Positions 18,713-29,637 of a stretch of 64,000 nucleotides of DNA are shown one piece after another (position 1 is the first letter of the stretch; every line of letters begins with the position of its first letter). The stretch is from NCBI GenBank assembly GCA_963749495.1, contig CAVVMW010000022.1:32001-96000 (forward strand), in the 5' to 3' direction. The notes under the pieces are model-generated. The model made no database searches, was not told the origin of the DNA, and saw nothing but the letters and a program-made list of their open reading frames with translations. The stretch is from an uncultured bacterium (lineage in GTDB: Bacteria > Verrucomicrobiota > Verrucomicrobiia > Limisphaerales > UBA8199). Position numbers and translations under genes: made by a program.

Positions 18713-21700
18713 CTAATTAAGCTTGTAAGCCAGGACGACGTTGGAGCCGATGCTCTGGATGCTGGTGATCGTCGTGGCCATGGGGGCGGAGATGCGGAAG
18801 TAACGGGCGCCGCTGGACACCGGGATGGTGAACGTGCCGGTGCCGCCGGAAACCATGCTATTGACAACGTCGCCGCAATCGCCGGCAACGGGCGAGGCGG
18901 TCAGCGTGGTCGAACCGGCCTTGGCGGTCAAATCCACAGCGAAGGCGCTGCCCAGGGAAGCGGTCGAGGCGCAGACGATGGGGTAATAGACATCGACGGC
19001 GCCGACCGGTTCGCTCGGGTCGCCCACGAGCGCCTCGGGATTGACGCCGTCCGGGTCCACGGCGGCGACCTGGAGGATAGCTCCGCCGCCGGTCTGCTCC
19101 CAGATGCACCGGAACGGATAGAGGCCGTCGGCCTCGACCACGAAGTCGAAGGTCTGGTAGGCGGTGTTGCCCGGGGCCTGGTATACGGCCGTGCCAGCCG
19201 CATCCCAGGGGCTGGCGCCGGAATAGAGCCCGCAGCGGTCGTCGGTGCCGATGCGGAACCTGTGGGCGCCGGCCTTCAACTGCAGGTAGCCCAAGGCTTC
19301 CACGGCGATGTTGATCTGGCCGCCGGCACAGAGGCCCGGCACGTTGGTCGGACTTCCGTTGAGGTTCCAGTTCAGTTCCGAGACGAGGCTGGTGGCTGTG
19401 AGGTCAACGGGGATCTGGGGAGGAATGGCCAGTTGCTGGAGCGCCCGGGTCAGGCTGTTGTCGAGGTTGTTCCCGCCGTTGAGGCTCTGGACCATGCGCG
19501 CCTGGAAGCCGCGCGCGGTCAAACTGCCCAGGGGCAGCCTGTTGGCAGCCGAAAGGAACGGGTATGAATAAGTCCAGGAGACGCTTTGGCTGACACCCTC
19601 GCTGTCCTTGAAGGTGAGGGTGTTGGTGAAAGTTGCGGCGGGCGGCAGGACCGAGATCGACCAGGTCACCTGGACCCCGCCGGCCGCCGCCGTGTTGGTC
19701 GAAGGCACTGCGACGCCGTTGATCGTAAAGCTGACGCTCGAGGCATCCACCGTCGTATCGCGGTTGGCGAGGATGGCGTAATTGGCCGGGGAGGCGCTGC
19801 TGACGGCCTGGCCGGCCAGCGGGGAGACCAGGGCAAGAATCGGGCGCAGCTTGCCCGGGTCGGGCACGGGCGCCAGGACAAAATAATTCTCTTCGATAAA
19901 GCCGGGGGTGGTGCTGGCATTGCCGGTGATGCGGTTGTTCAAGCGGAGCGTGTCGATGCCGCCGGCCAGGCGGACCACGAGCGGGTTGCCTGCGGCATCG
20001 GCGAGCTGGACATTGAAATGGGGGCCGCTGCCGTTGGGGCGGCCCAGGAACGAGCCCAGCACGGCATTGGTCTGGTTGGGCTGGGTGCGGTCGCTGGTCA
20101 CCCGCTCCAGGGTGACGAGGGATTGGGGCAGCGCATATTGCTCTTGCCGCAGATAGACGGCGTAGGTGCCGGCGGGGTACTTGTGCGTGTAATTCTGCCA
20201 ATCGCCGTCATGGATGTCTTCCACGTCCACCTCGAAGTAACCGCTGGCGTTGCCGCCGAGGCTGGCGTATTTGGCGCGGAGCAGGTCCGAGGAGTCGGTC
20301 GTCTGGACAAAGTTGTTCCAGCGGAAGACGTGGTCGGTGTCCTGGGGGATCGCGCCCGCGGGGTTGTCGCTGGCATCACGGTTGTTGTGATAGTCCACCC
20401 CCGGTATTCCCGCCATGCCGTTGTAGGCCTGCGGGTCGGTGGCGCCCGGGTTGTTGACGTAATCATCGGTGATGAGTTTGGGGTTATCTATGAACGAGCC
20501 GCCGGTGACTCCGTCCGCGCTGAAGTTGAACTCCTCGCATTCCACGACATACGCGGTTTGGAAGGTATCGAAACGGATCGGCACGGCGGCGGCCAGTTGC
20601 TGGCTGTTCACCGCCTGGATCGTTCCGGCATAGTTGGCCTCGGCCGCCAATACGCCCTTGAGAGTGAAGACCTGGTCCTTGGCCGTGCCGGTGACGGTGA
20701 CCCCCGGCGAGGCGCTGGTGTAAGTGGTGCCGTTGAGCGTCAACGAAATGTTGGTCGCAGGGATGTTCAGGGCGTCCCTCACCTCGAACGAGACCGAGTT
20801 CGAGCTGGACACAAAGTTGGCCCCGTCGGCGGGAGAAAGGTTGAAAATGGCCGGAGGGGCTCGCGCCGGCGATGCTCTGGCTCACGCGGGCGTTTCTGAA
20901 GACGACATCGGCCTCGTAGCACGGGCCGGAGGCGAAGGTGAATATGGCGTAGGCGCCATTGAGGTTGAGGTATGGGGCGGGGCTGCCGATCGTGGCGCCG
21001 TCACCCGCGAAGTCCGATGCGGGGGTATCGACCATGACATTCTGGAAGACGACGCGGTTGGGGTCGTTGATATCCTGGCTAAGGTCTTCGAGCCGGGCCT
21101 CGATGCGCTCGTTGGCGCCTTCCCCGGTCATCGCGAGGGTGTAGCGGCAATTCATGACGGGCAGGTTGTCGGGCCCCGTCGTCCACCATCCGTCGTAGTT
21201 CTTGCCCACGACCAGGTAGTTCGAGCTGTGGATATCGTGGGCGATATGATAGGCCGTGAGGCTATAGACGGCGGACAGGCTGGCAACCGGGAGGTAGCCC
21301 AGGACCGAGTAACTGCCCCCGCCGCCATTGAGTTCGTCATTGCCCAGGTTGTCGAAATCAACGCTGAACTCGAGCCGGCTGCCATCCACGACCTCGAACG
21401 TCTGGGCGGCATAGTAGGCGCCCGCGAAGCCGCCCTGCGAGGCCAGGCCCGCGATACATTCCACATACCCGGGGTTGCCGCCCGAAGGGGCGTACTCGGT
21501 CACCGAACTGTTCAGCCCCGGCACCCCCGACTGCTTGGCGAAGGTCGTCCACCCGGCCAGGTTGGTGTTCACGCTGAAATCGTCCAGGACCGAGTCCAGG
21601 AGCACAAAATCCTGGAGGTTGGCAAAGGAAACCGACGCCCCCGAGGACGAGGCCTGGTTCAGCACACCCAGGGCCGCGTAGCCGGGAGTGCCGATGAGGC

Positions 21701-22322
21701 CCGAACTGTCCGTGACGGTGTGCTCGAAGAGGCACGTGAAGTTCTGCCCCACCACCGCCCCGCTCTGCCGGTAAACGCGGGCGTCGAGCGCCACGCCGCC
21801 TCCGGACGGGGTCATCCGCAACGCCAGCGTGACATTGGTGTTCTGGATGTTCGTCCCATAGGTGCTGACGAAGTCGAACGAGTAAAGGACCGACCCGCCC
21901 TTTTTGATGAGGACGTTGCGCGCCCCGGCGTAGAGGGCGTAGCCGTTTGCCTCGAGGGTGCCGCCGCCGGGCACCCACCCCAGCACCGCCAGGGCATTGG
22001 CATCCCCGTTGCCGGGGGTCACCCCGTTGACGTCGACGCGCAATTCGAGGGTGTCGCCGGCCACATTCGCAAAAGGAGACGACGTCTTGAGGCTGTAGGC
22101 CAGGGCGCCCGCGCTATGGGCGCTGGCGACGGTAAACAGGCCGTTGGCCTGGGCGATGGCGCCGCCGTTAGGCGTGTCCGTCCAGCCGGTCTTGGGGCCG
22201 CTGAAGTTGTCGAGCACGGTCGCCCCCAGCGGCAGGCGCAGCAGCAATAGCAGCGCCCCGGCGATGAGACCGGCGCGGGCGAAGGTTCGGAGTGCGAGGG
22301 ATCGAACGGATGATTTTTTCAT
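18713..22322 (-). CDS. large secreted multidomain protein (CBM6/35-like and PA14-like beta domains; apparent frameshift ~20857)
   Basis: Signal peptide from MKKSS; ECEEFNF, DGDWQNYT..AGTYAVYLR, HRFRIGTDD, GLYPFRCIWEQTGGGA. The two ORFs join at a G-run. Confidence 0.7.
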
Positions 22323-22609
22323 ATCGGAGTCATGGTGGGTTTCTATGGTTTCGGATCGGCGCGCCGGCCGGGGGACATCGGCGGCGCGCTCGGAAGATTG
22401 CGGGGGGGCGAGCCGTGGAAGGGCGTTCTCACGTTGTTCCTTCAATTGCATCGACATGCTTCCATCCAGTGCCTGCCCCGGCAGGAGAGCCGGTCTGCCG
22501 GACTCCATCGGGAATCGAGCCGAGCCTACCCGGGCTGCCGGCCGCAGTCAAGCATTGTTGTCCGGCATTATTAGCAGGGTTCCTGGAAGCTGCGCGACGC
22601 GCTAATCCT

Positions 22610-23272
22610 TCAGGCGGCGGGTCCCTCAAGCATCTGGCGTAAAACGCGCAGGTTTTCCTCCGCGTCAAAGAGGGCGCGGATGGGGATCAGGAACCCGCTG
22701 ACCGCCAGGCTGCGCACAACGCCGGAGCCGCTCTTGAGCCGCAACACATAGCCGGTTGCGGCCAGTTCATATTGTTCGAGGGTCTGGGTTGCCGGATCGA
22801 TCAGCCAAAACTCAGGCACGCCGTGCGCGGCGTAATCGCGGAATTTCACCCCACGGTCCCGCTGGGCGGTGCTCTCGGAAAGGACCTCGGCAATGAAGTC
22901 GGGCGCCGGGAACAGCAATTGACCCGGCTCGATGCCGGCGGCCTTGTCAGGGCCGTAGAAAAGAACGTCGGGCTCGTAGTCGTTGCGCGTGAGCGAGACC
23001 AGGGCCTTCTCGTCGAGCACCAGGCCCAGTTTGTGGACCTCCACGTAAGCCGAAAGCAGACGCGACAAATGCATCCGCGCTCGCGTGTGGCGGGCAGTGG
23101 CAGGGGAGTGCATGATCACTTCTCCATTGATGAACTCGGCCTTGAGGCCGGCCGGCAACTCGTCGCGGAATTTGTGCCGCAGCCGGCGCTCCTCCTCGAG
23201 CCGGGCCTTGATCTGCTCCTCGTACAGAGCCAATTCCGGCGCTTCCAGCAATTCGTTCGGCAGCGTCACCAT
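22610..23272 (-). CDS. Uma2 (DUF820) family putative endonuclease
   Basis: EFINGEV..SP..H, YEPDV, PDFIAEVLSEST..DRGVK..Y..GVPEFWLIDP. Confidence 0.9.
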   Translation of the reverse strand: MVTLPNELLEAPELALYEEQIKARLEEERRLRHKFRDELPAGLKAEFINGEVIMHSPATARHTRARMHLSRLLSAYVEVHKLGLVLDEKALVSLTRNDYEPDVLFYGPDKAAGIEPGQLLFPAPDFIAEVLSESTAQRDRGVKFRDYAAHGVPEFWLIDPATQTLEQYELAATGYVLRLKSGSGVVRSLAVSGFLIPIRALFDAEENLRVLRQMLEGPAA

Positions 23273-23351
23273 GCGCGCAAAACTACGCGGCCCCGGCCGC
23301 CGAGGCAAGCCCCGGTTTTGCCCCTGGGGTGGGCGCCCGAGGCGCGGGAAT

Positions 23352-23379
23352 TTGCGCGACGGCAAATGAGTCTTATAAT
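23352..23379 (+). promoter_or_regulatory. candidate sigma70 promoter of the proteasome operon
   Basis: TTGCGC-N16-TATAAT, 30 nt upstream of the arc ATG. Confidence 0.45.
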
Positions 23380-23409
23380 GATAATGTGAAAAAGTTACAG
23401 AGAAGTCGG

Positions 23410-25080
23410 ATGGATCCCAACGATAACACGCCGGAGCCGGAGGGCGCCGGGCCGGAGGGGGCGGCGCCGCCGGAGGGCCCGGAGGTTGTCTCGGCGCTCC
23501 AGATGCTGGATCGCCTCACCTACGAGCTGGCGGCGCAGGGCATTCCGCCCTCGGGGATGGGGCCGTTGCGGCGCCGGATCGCGGAGATGGAGGAGTTGCA
23601 GGACCAGGCGCGGACGGCGGTGGAGAAGCTCAACGAAGCGGTGGATAAGCTGCGGGCGCCGGCGTTGCGGGTGGGCACGCTGCTGCAGAAGCTGGCGAGC
23701 GAGCGGGCGCTGGTCTGCGCGAGCGGGGCCGAATATGTCTGCAGCCTGGACCCGGCGCTGCCGGAGGCCACGCTGGAGACGGGGGTGCGGGTCCTGCTCA
23801 ACGAGGCCTTTGCGGTGACCGACGTCTTCGGGTTCGAAAAGAACGGGCCGGTGGTGCGGGTCACGGAGTTGCTGGCGGACGGGCGGCTGCGGGTGGGCAA
23901 CGAGAGCGGGATTTCGGACGCGGTGGTGGTGCGCTCATCGTTGCTGGCGAAGGAGAAACTGAAGGCGGGGTTGGACGTGAGGCTGGACAGCCAGCACCGG
24001 GTGGCGGTGGAGGCGCTGGGCGGGGCCAGGCGGCTGGATTGGGCCTGCACGCGGGTGGAGCCGATACCGTGGCAGGCGATTGGGGGGCAGCAGGAGGCGG
24101 TGCAGGGGATCCGGGATTGCATCGAGTTGCCGTTTCTGCACGCGCGCCTCTTCCAGCGTTTCCAACACCCGGTGCCCAAGGGGTTCCTGCTCTATGGCCC
24201 GCCCGGCTGCGGCAAGACGCTCCTGGGCAAGGCCACCGCCCACAACCTGCGCCAGCAAATCCGCCGCCAGACCGGCCAGGACCGCCAGGAGTTCTTCCTC
24301 AGCGTGAAGGGGCCCGAGATCCTCAACATGTGGCTGGGCGAATCGGAGCGCCAGGTGCGCGACCTCTTCGTCCAGTGCCGCGAAAAGGCCGCCGAGGGCC
24401 ACCTGCGCTTCCTCTTCATCGATGAGGCCGAGTCCATCCTGGGCACCCGCCACGCCGCGCGGGTGGGGTCCAACATCCTCTCGACGCTGGTCCCCATGTT
24501 CTGCACTGAGATGGACGGCCTGGAGGCCCTGCAAAACGTCGTGGTCATCCTGGCCTCCAACCGGGCCGACCTCATCGACCCCGCCATCCTGCGCCCCGGC
24601 CGCATCGACCGCAAGATTCGCGTGCGCCGCCCGGACAAAACGGCCGCGCGCGAGATTTACCTGATCTATCTTGCCCAGGACCTGCCCCTGGCCGAACCTC
24701 GAGAGGAACTCGTCGACGCCATCGTCGAGGCCCATTACGCCAAGAGCGAGGAGAACCGGTTCCTGGATGTCGCCTTCCGCAGCGGGCGCCACGATTACCT
24801 GTATCGCGGCGACCTGGCCAGCGGGGCCATTATCGCCGCCGTGGTCGAGCGGGCCAAGGAATCCGCCATCAAACGCTCCATCGCGCTCGAGAGCGAGTCG
24901 CCGATCACACGGCAGGACCTGTGCGAGGCCCTGGCCCGCGAGTATCGGGAGAATGAACTGTTCCCGCCCAGCGACATCACTGAGGACTGGCTCAAGCTGA
25001 CCGATTTCGATCCGGGCAACGTCGTCCGCCTCTCACCCTATCGCCCCGGCGGGCGGGACTGGGTGGCGGCCGCCGTTTGA
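23410..25080 (+). CDS. arc: proteasome-associated AAA ATPase (ARC/Mpa)
   Basis: N-terminal coiled coil and OB-like region; GPPGCGKT Walker A; VKGPEILNMWLGESER; FIDE Walker B; ASNRADLIDPAILRPGRID. Confidence 0.92.
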   Translation: MDPNDNTPEPEGAGPEGAAPPEGPEVVSALQMLDRLTYELAAQGIPPSGMGPLRRRIAEMEELQDQARTAVEKLNEAVDKLRAPALRVGTLLQKLASERALVCASGAEYVCSLDPALPEATLETGVRVLLNEAFAVTDVFGFEKNGPVVRVTELLADGRLRVGNESGISDAVVVRSSLLAKEKLKAGLDVRLDSQHRVAVEALGGARRLDWACTRVEPIPWQAIGGQQEAVQGIRDCIELPFLHARLFQRFQHPVPKGFLLYGPPGCGKTLLGKATAHNLRQQIRRQTGQDRQEFFLSVKGPEILNMWLGESERQVRDLFVQCREKAAEGHLRFLFIDEAESILGTRHAARVGSNILSTLVPMFCTEMDGLEALQNVVVILASNRADLIDPAILRPGRIDRKIRVRRPDKTAAREIYLIYLAQDLPLAEPREELVDAIVEAHYAKSEENRFLDVAFRSGRHDYLYRGDLASGAIIAAVVERAKESAIKRSIALESESPITRQDLCEALAREYRENELFPPSDITEDWLKLTDFDPGNVVRLSPYRPGGRDWVAAAV

Positions 25081-25157
25081 AGGAGCGGCGCCCGGACAAC
25101 GCATGCCGCAACCCGCACTATGAGAGCAACCCACCGGAGAGAGTAAATCGCGCCATC

Positions 25158-26689
25158 ATGCAAGGAGGACTTGACATTCAGTTCGGCACGGAGACCGAGA
25201 TCGGCATCTGCCGTGAGCGCCCGGAGGGGCAGGACGTGGTCACCGAGGCCATCGCGCTGATCAACGCGGCGACGGCGCCGGGCGTGCGCCGCCGCTGGGA
25301 CTACCAGTGCGAGGACCCGCACTGCGACGCGCGCGGGTTCCGCGTCAACGAACTGCTCCAGGACCGCGACGAGGCCAACTACTTCGCCCAGGACACCCGG
25401 CGCGGCCTGTCCGCGGACGCCATCCGGTGCGACTTGGTCCTGCGCAACGGCGCCCGTTTTTACAATGACCACTGTCATCCGGAGTATTGCTCGCCGGAGT
25501 GCAGCACCTTGCTGGAGCACCTGCAGCAGGACCACGCCGGCGATCAGCTCCTTATGGAGTGCGCCCGCAATCTCAACCAGGGGTCCGACAACCCGGTGCG
25601 CCTCTACAAGAACAACACCGATTTCTGCGGCCACAGCTACGGCTGCCACGAGAATTACCTCCTGCCGCGCGTCCTGCCCTGGGAGGCCCTCAGCCAGGGC
25701 CTCATGGCCTTCCTGGTCACCCGCCAGGTCATGTGCGGCGCCGGCAAGTTCGGCTGGGAAGACGAGGACCGGTTCCTGAACCCGGGCTTCCAGATCTCCC
25801 AGCGCAGCGACTTCTTCTTCGAGCTGCAGAGCATCGATACCATGCAGCGGCGGCCCATCATCAACACGCGCGACGAGCCCCACGCCAATTCCCAGCTCTT
25901 TCGCCGGTTCCACGTGATCCTGGGCGACTCGAACCTCTCGCTCTACGCCACGTATCTGAAGATCGGCGCCACCGCCCTGGTCCTGCAGGCCCTGCTCAAC
26001 GGCGCCCCGGCCGAGCGCATCCCGCGCCTGGCCGACCCCCTGCGCGCCCTCAAGGGCATCTCCCGCGACCGCACCTGGAAATGGCGCTGCCAGGCCGCCT
26101 CCGGGCTCGAGACCTCCGCCCTCCAAATCCAGCGGACCTACCTGGAGTTGGTCCGCGAGTTCTGCCCGCACGTCAGCCCCGACTGGCTGGCGCTGGTCGG
26201 GGCCTGGCACGAGGTCCTCACCGACCTGGAGCAGGAGCCGATGCGCGCCGCCGATCGTTTGGACTGGGTGGCCAAGTTCAGGCTGGTCGAGCAATTCCGC
26301 CAGGCGGAGGAGGTTGGCGAGGACGATCCGTGGCTGATGAGCCTGGACCTGGCCTACCACCTGCTCGACCCCCAGCAGGGGCTCTTCTACGGCCTGATGG
26401 ACCAGGGGACCTTCCGCCTCCCCTATCCCCTGGCGGAGATCAAGGCCCACAGCCTTTGCCCCCCTCCAGCACCCGCGCGGCCGTCCGCGGCCGGTGCATC
26501 GAGAAATTCGGCTCCGCCGTCCAAGCCGCCCAGTGGGACCACATCCTGTTGCTGGGCTCTTATGGGAAAATCAAGCTCGACCTGCGCGACCTCTTCGAGG
26601 CCCAACAGATCAAGAAATCCCTGGATATCATCAACGCCGCCCGCACCGTCAATGATTTGGCCCACCTGGAATTTGCCAAGCTTGTTTAA
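25158..26689 (+). CDS. dop: Dop-like deamidase/depupylase (apparent frameshift in C-run ~26460)
   Basis: GTETEIG; Dop-loop WDYQCEDPHCDARGF; NGARFYNDHCHPEY; YKNNTD..SYGCHENY; NTRDEPHA..RRFHVILGD. C-terminus TRAAVRG..QWD lies in a shifted frame. Confidence 0.88.
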
Positions 26690-26741
26690 TGGAGTAAATA
26701 GAAGATAGGAGCAATAGCTCGACCAAGACATCAACAACCTT

Positions 26742-26915
26742 ATGCCTGATCGCATCCAAAAACCTCTGCCCCCCATGCCGGCTCCCGGCGGCGGCGGCGG
26801 CCCAGGCCCTGCCGCACCGAAAGTCGAAAAGCCCAACACCGACGAACTGCTCAAGCGCATGCGCCGCGTCGATCCCGACCAGGCCCGGCGCTACCGCCAA
26901 CGGACCGGCCAATGA
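26742..26915 (+). CDS. ubact: ubiquitin-like protein modifier UBact (57 aa; absent from the ORF track)
   Basis: Translates MPDRIQKPLPPMPAPGGGGGPGPAAPKVEKPNTDELLKRMRRVDPDQARRYRQRTGQ with the C-terminal R[T/S]G[E/Q] signature. Stop overlaps the prcB start (ATGA). Confidence 0.92.
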   Translation: MPDRIQKPLPPMPAPGGGGGPGPAAPKVEKPNTDELLKRMRRVDPDQARRYRQRTGQ

Positions 26916-27673
26916 GCGGCGACTTCCTGGCGCTGCTCGACCAACACCGCTTTGTCCCCGTTGGCGCCGCCGGGGCGGGTCCGTTGCCCCTGGAGGCCAC
27001 CACGGTGTTCGCCTTTCATTGCGCCGAGGGCGTGATGATCGCCGGCGACCACCGCGCCACGGCGGGCAATGTCATCTTTTCAGACCGGACGGAGAAGATC
27101 CTCGAGTTGGATTCGCACGCGCTCATGGCCATTGCCGGGGTGCCGGCGACGGCCTTCGAGATGGCGCGGACGCTCCAGACGGCCTTCGAGTTCTACCGCC
27201 GCAGCCAATTGCAGCCCATGAGCCTGCAGGCCAAGCTGCGAGCCCTCTCCAAACTGCTGCGCGACAATATCCCCGCCACCTTGCAGGGCATCGGGGTGGT
27301 CGCTCCGATTTTCGCCGGCATCGAGGGCCGCGACTCGGATGCCAAGCCGATGATCTTCTTCTATGACCCGCTCGGGGCCCAATTCGAGGCCGCCGCCTTT
27401 GCCGGGTCCGGCTCGGGGTCCGGGGCGATCAAGAGCGTCCTGCACTACCTGGAGACCTGGGGCAAACCGCGCCCGGCGGAATTGCCGGTGGGCGAGGCGG
27501 TGGTCCTGGCCAACCGCTTGCTGATGACCGCCGCCGAGTTCGATGCCGCCACCGGCGGCGTGCGCCCCGAACAGCAGGAGTTCGCCACTCTCAAGCTGCT
27601 CTCGGTCGCGGGCATCCGCACCCTCACCCGGGAAGAACAAACGCGGTTCTGGAAAAACGCCCGTCATGATTGA
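26912..27673 (+). CDS. prcB: 20S proteasome beta subunit
   Basis: Propeptide then TTVFAF..GVMIAGDHRATAGN; GSGS motif; DAATGG. Confidence 0.92.
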   Translation: MSGDFLALLDQHRFVPVGAAGAGPLPLEATTVFAFHCAEGVMIAGDHRATAGNVIFSDRTEKILELDSHALMAIAGVPATAFEMARTLQTAFEFYRRSQLQPMSLQAKLRALSKLLRDNIPATLQGIGVVAPIFAGIEGRDSDAKPMIFFYDPLGAQFEAAAFAGSGSGSGAIKSVLHYLETWGKPRPAELPVGEAVVLANRLLMTAAEFDAATGGVRPEQQEFATLKLLSVAGIRTLTREEQTRFWKNARHD

Positions 27674-28379
27674 AGAGCCCTATCGCTGGCTGGAGGCCAT
27701 TGCCAACCGCCGCGAATACATCGGCGACCGTCTCCGCAGCGGCACGCCCGTCTTTGCCCTGTCGCGGCCCGAGGGCATCCTCTTGCTGGGCGTCGGCCAG
27801 GGCCAGTCCAAGGTCTTCGAGATCTACGACCGCCATGCCTTCGCCGCCCTGGGCCACCCGGTGGACATCGAGAAGATGCGCCAGGCCGCCATCGAGGCGG
27901 CGCACCTGGAGGGCTTCAACCGCGCCGCGCGCGACGTCACCTTGCGCCGGCTCATCAGCTTCTCGCTGAGCAGCACCCTCAAGAATGCCTTCGAGCAGGT
28001 CTTCGCCCCGCCGCTCATCGTCGAGTCGATCTTCGCCGAATTGGGCGACGCCCCGGCCCAGGACATCCTGGTGCGCGTGCATTACGACGGCGATCATCAC
28101 TACGAGGCCTCCGGGGTGCTGGTCGCCCACAGCGAGGTCCAGGCCGAGACCGAGGCGCGCGACTGGATTCGCAACGCCCTGCAGCCCTCCGATTCCCTGG
28201 CCCACGTTCTGGGGGTCTGCCTGCTGGCCTGGCAGACCCTCACCACCAAGGGCGCCTTTGCCTCCCTGGCGGCGCCCCGCAAACCGCCCCTGCAGGTCCC
28301 CGGCAAGACCGTCGAGGCCGCCCTCCTGGATCGCCAACTGCCCGGACCGGTCCATTACCGGGTGCTCGACCTCAAGTAG
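27666..28379 (+). CDS. prcA: 20S proteasome alpha subunit
   Basis: EEPYRW..RREYI..GTPVFAL..GILL..KVFEIYDR; terminal EAALLDR; overlaps prcB. Confidence 0.88.
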   Translation: MIEEPYRWLEAIANRREYIGDRLRSGTPVFALSRPEGILLLGVGQGQSKVFEIYDRHAFAALGHPVDIEKMRQAAIEAAHLEGFNRAARDVTLRRLISFSLSSTLKNAFEQVFAPPLIVESIFAELGDAPAQDILVRVHYDGDHHYEASGVLVAHSEVQAETEARDWIRNALQPSDSLAHVLGVCLLAWQTLTTKGAFASLAAPRKPPLQVPGKTVEAALLDRQLPGPVHYRVLDLK

Positions 28380-28381
28380 AG

Positions 28382-28902
28382 GTGTCTCAACGCATCACAG
28401 GTTTGGAAACCGAATACGGCTGCCTGGTCCAACCGCCGGCCCTGGCGCTGGAGGTGCTGCCGCGCATCCGCGACTGGCTCTTCGAGGACCAGCGCTCCTC
28501 GAGGGCCTGGCCTCCAATCCGGACTCGCTCGTCGGCCTGGTCAATTGGGTCACCAAGCGATACTTGCTCGCCCAGTTCCGCGCCCGCCAGGGCCTGGATT
28601 GGGACCACCCCTGGCTCGAATCCCAGGACCTTGAGTTCCACCACATTGACCCCACGCGCAGTTTCGGCCTGGCCTTGGCCGAGCCGCGCGGTTTCTGGAA
28701 CCCCACCGGCATCGAGCAGGCCAAACGCGAGGCCCCGGCCAATTCCCGCGCCTGCGCTCGCAGCCGGCTCATGCGTGAAATCCAAAACCAGGCCTGCTCC
28801 TATTTCGTCGATTGGGAAGAGGTCTCCGTCCCCAACCAGAAACGCGCCCTGCTCCTGGACCCCTTCAGAACCCACCCGCAATCCGCAGCCAGGAGGCTGT
28901 AG
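28382..28902 (+). pseudogene. pafA: PafA-like UBact/Pup ligase with large internal deletion
   Basis: N-terminus RITGLETEYG (38 codons) joined out of frame at ~28495 to the C-terminal WVTKRYLL..DLEFHHID..SRACARS..VDW region; catalytic middle absent. Confidence 0.8.
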
Positions 28903-28903
28903 G
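28743..28903 (+). repeat. direct repeat copy 1 (pafA 3' end)
   Basis: Matches 31137-31300 with about 10 substitutions and one 3-bp indel (counted by eye). Confidence 0.9.
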
Positions 28904-29637
28904 CCGTCCTAACGCTTCCGCTTGCCATCGCTTCTTGCGCGGAGATCCTTGATTGCGACAACGTGCAATGGGTCCACCGTCACAATCTCACCATCCCGGT
29001 CCAGCACGGCGAGCGAGCGAGGGCCGACCAGTCTTGTTGCGGAGGCGCAGGGCGATCTGGTGACGCTCCTGGTCTTCAAAACCAATGACGTGGTTTTTAT
29101 CCTCTGCAATAAATCGTCTCTAAGGCGTTGCAATAAATCGACATGCCACGACTTTATGAAAGAAATCCCAGGCGGACTGTTTGATACAAAATCGCCAAAA
29201 CGGGGTCATTCCGCCCCAAAACGTGTTAGTTTCTGTTAGGACTTTCCTTCTCCGCTCCTGGCTGCTCCGAACCCTCCCCCCCTCTCTGCGCCGGGTTCGC
29301 CATATCGCCGCCGGAGCGTTTGCGGGGCATCCAAACGCCCGCTTCGCCGTGAGATTGATGAAGCGTGAAAATCACGCACAATGCGTGAAGAACACGCACG
29401 GCGGGGTGGTCGGTAAGAAAGGAGAAGGGCTGAAATAGGGCTGTTTGGAGGTATCCAACCGCATGGCATGAACTATGCTAAAAGATGATTGAACCGCACA
29501 ATCGCCATAGGGTTTGTCCGGCGGTTTTGAGGAATCGTTAGTCGCTTTTGCCAGTCACTTGGGCCACCGGGAACTACGGGAGCGGTTCGAATATGAACCA
29601 GCGGTTATCGACTTTCTCTAGCCAGGGAGAACGATAG

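Noticed and set aside
26423..26912. Minus-strand ORFs in the dop-prcB gap
   Set aside because: The real gene is plus-strand UBact, which is below the ORF length cutoff.
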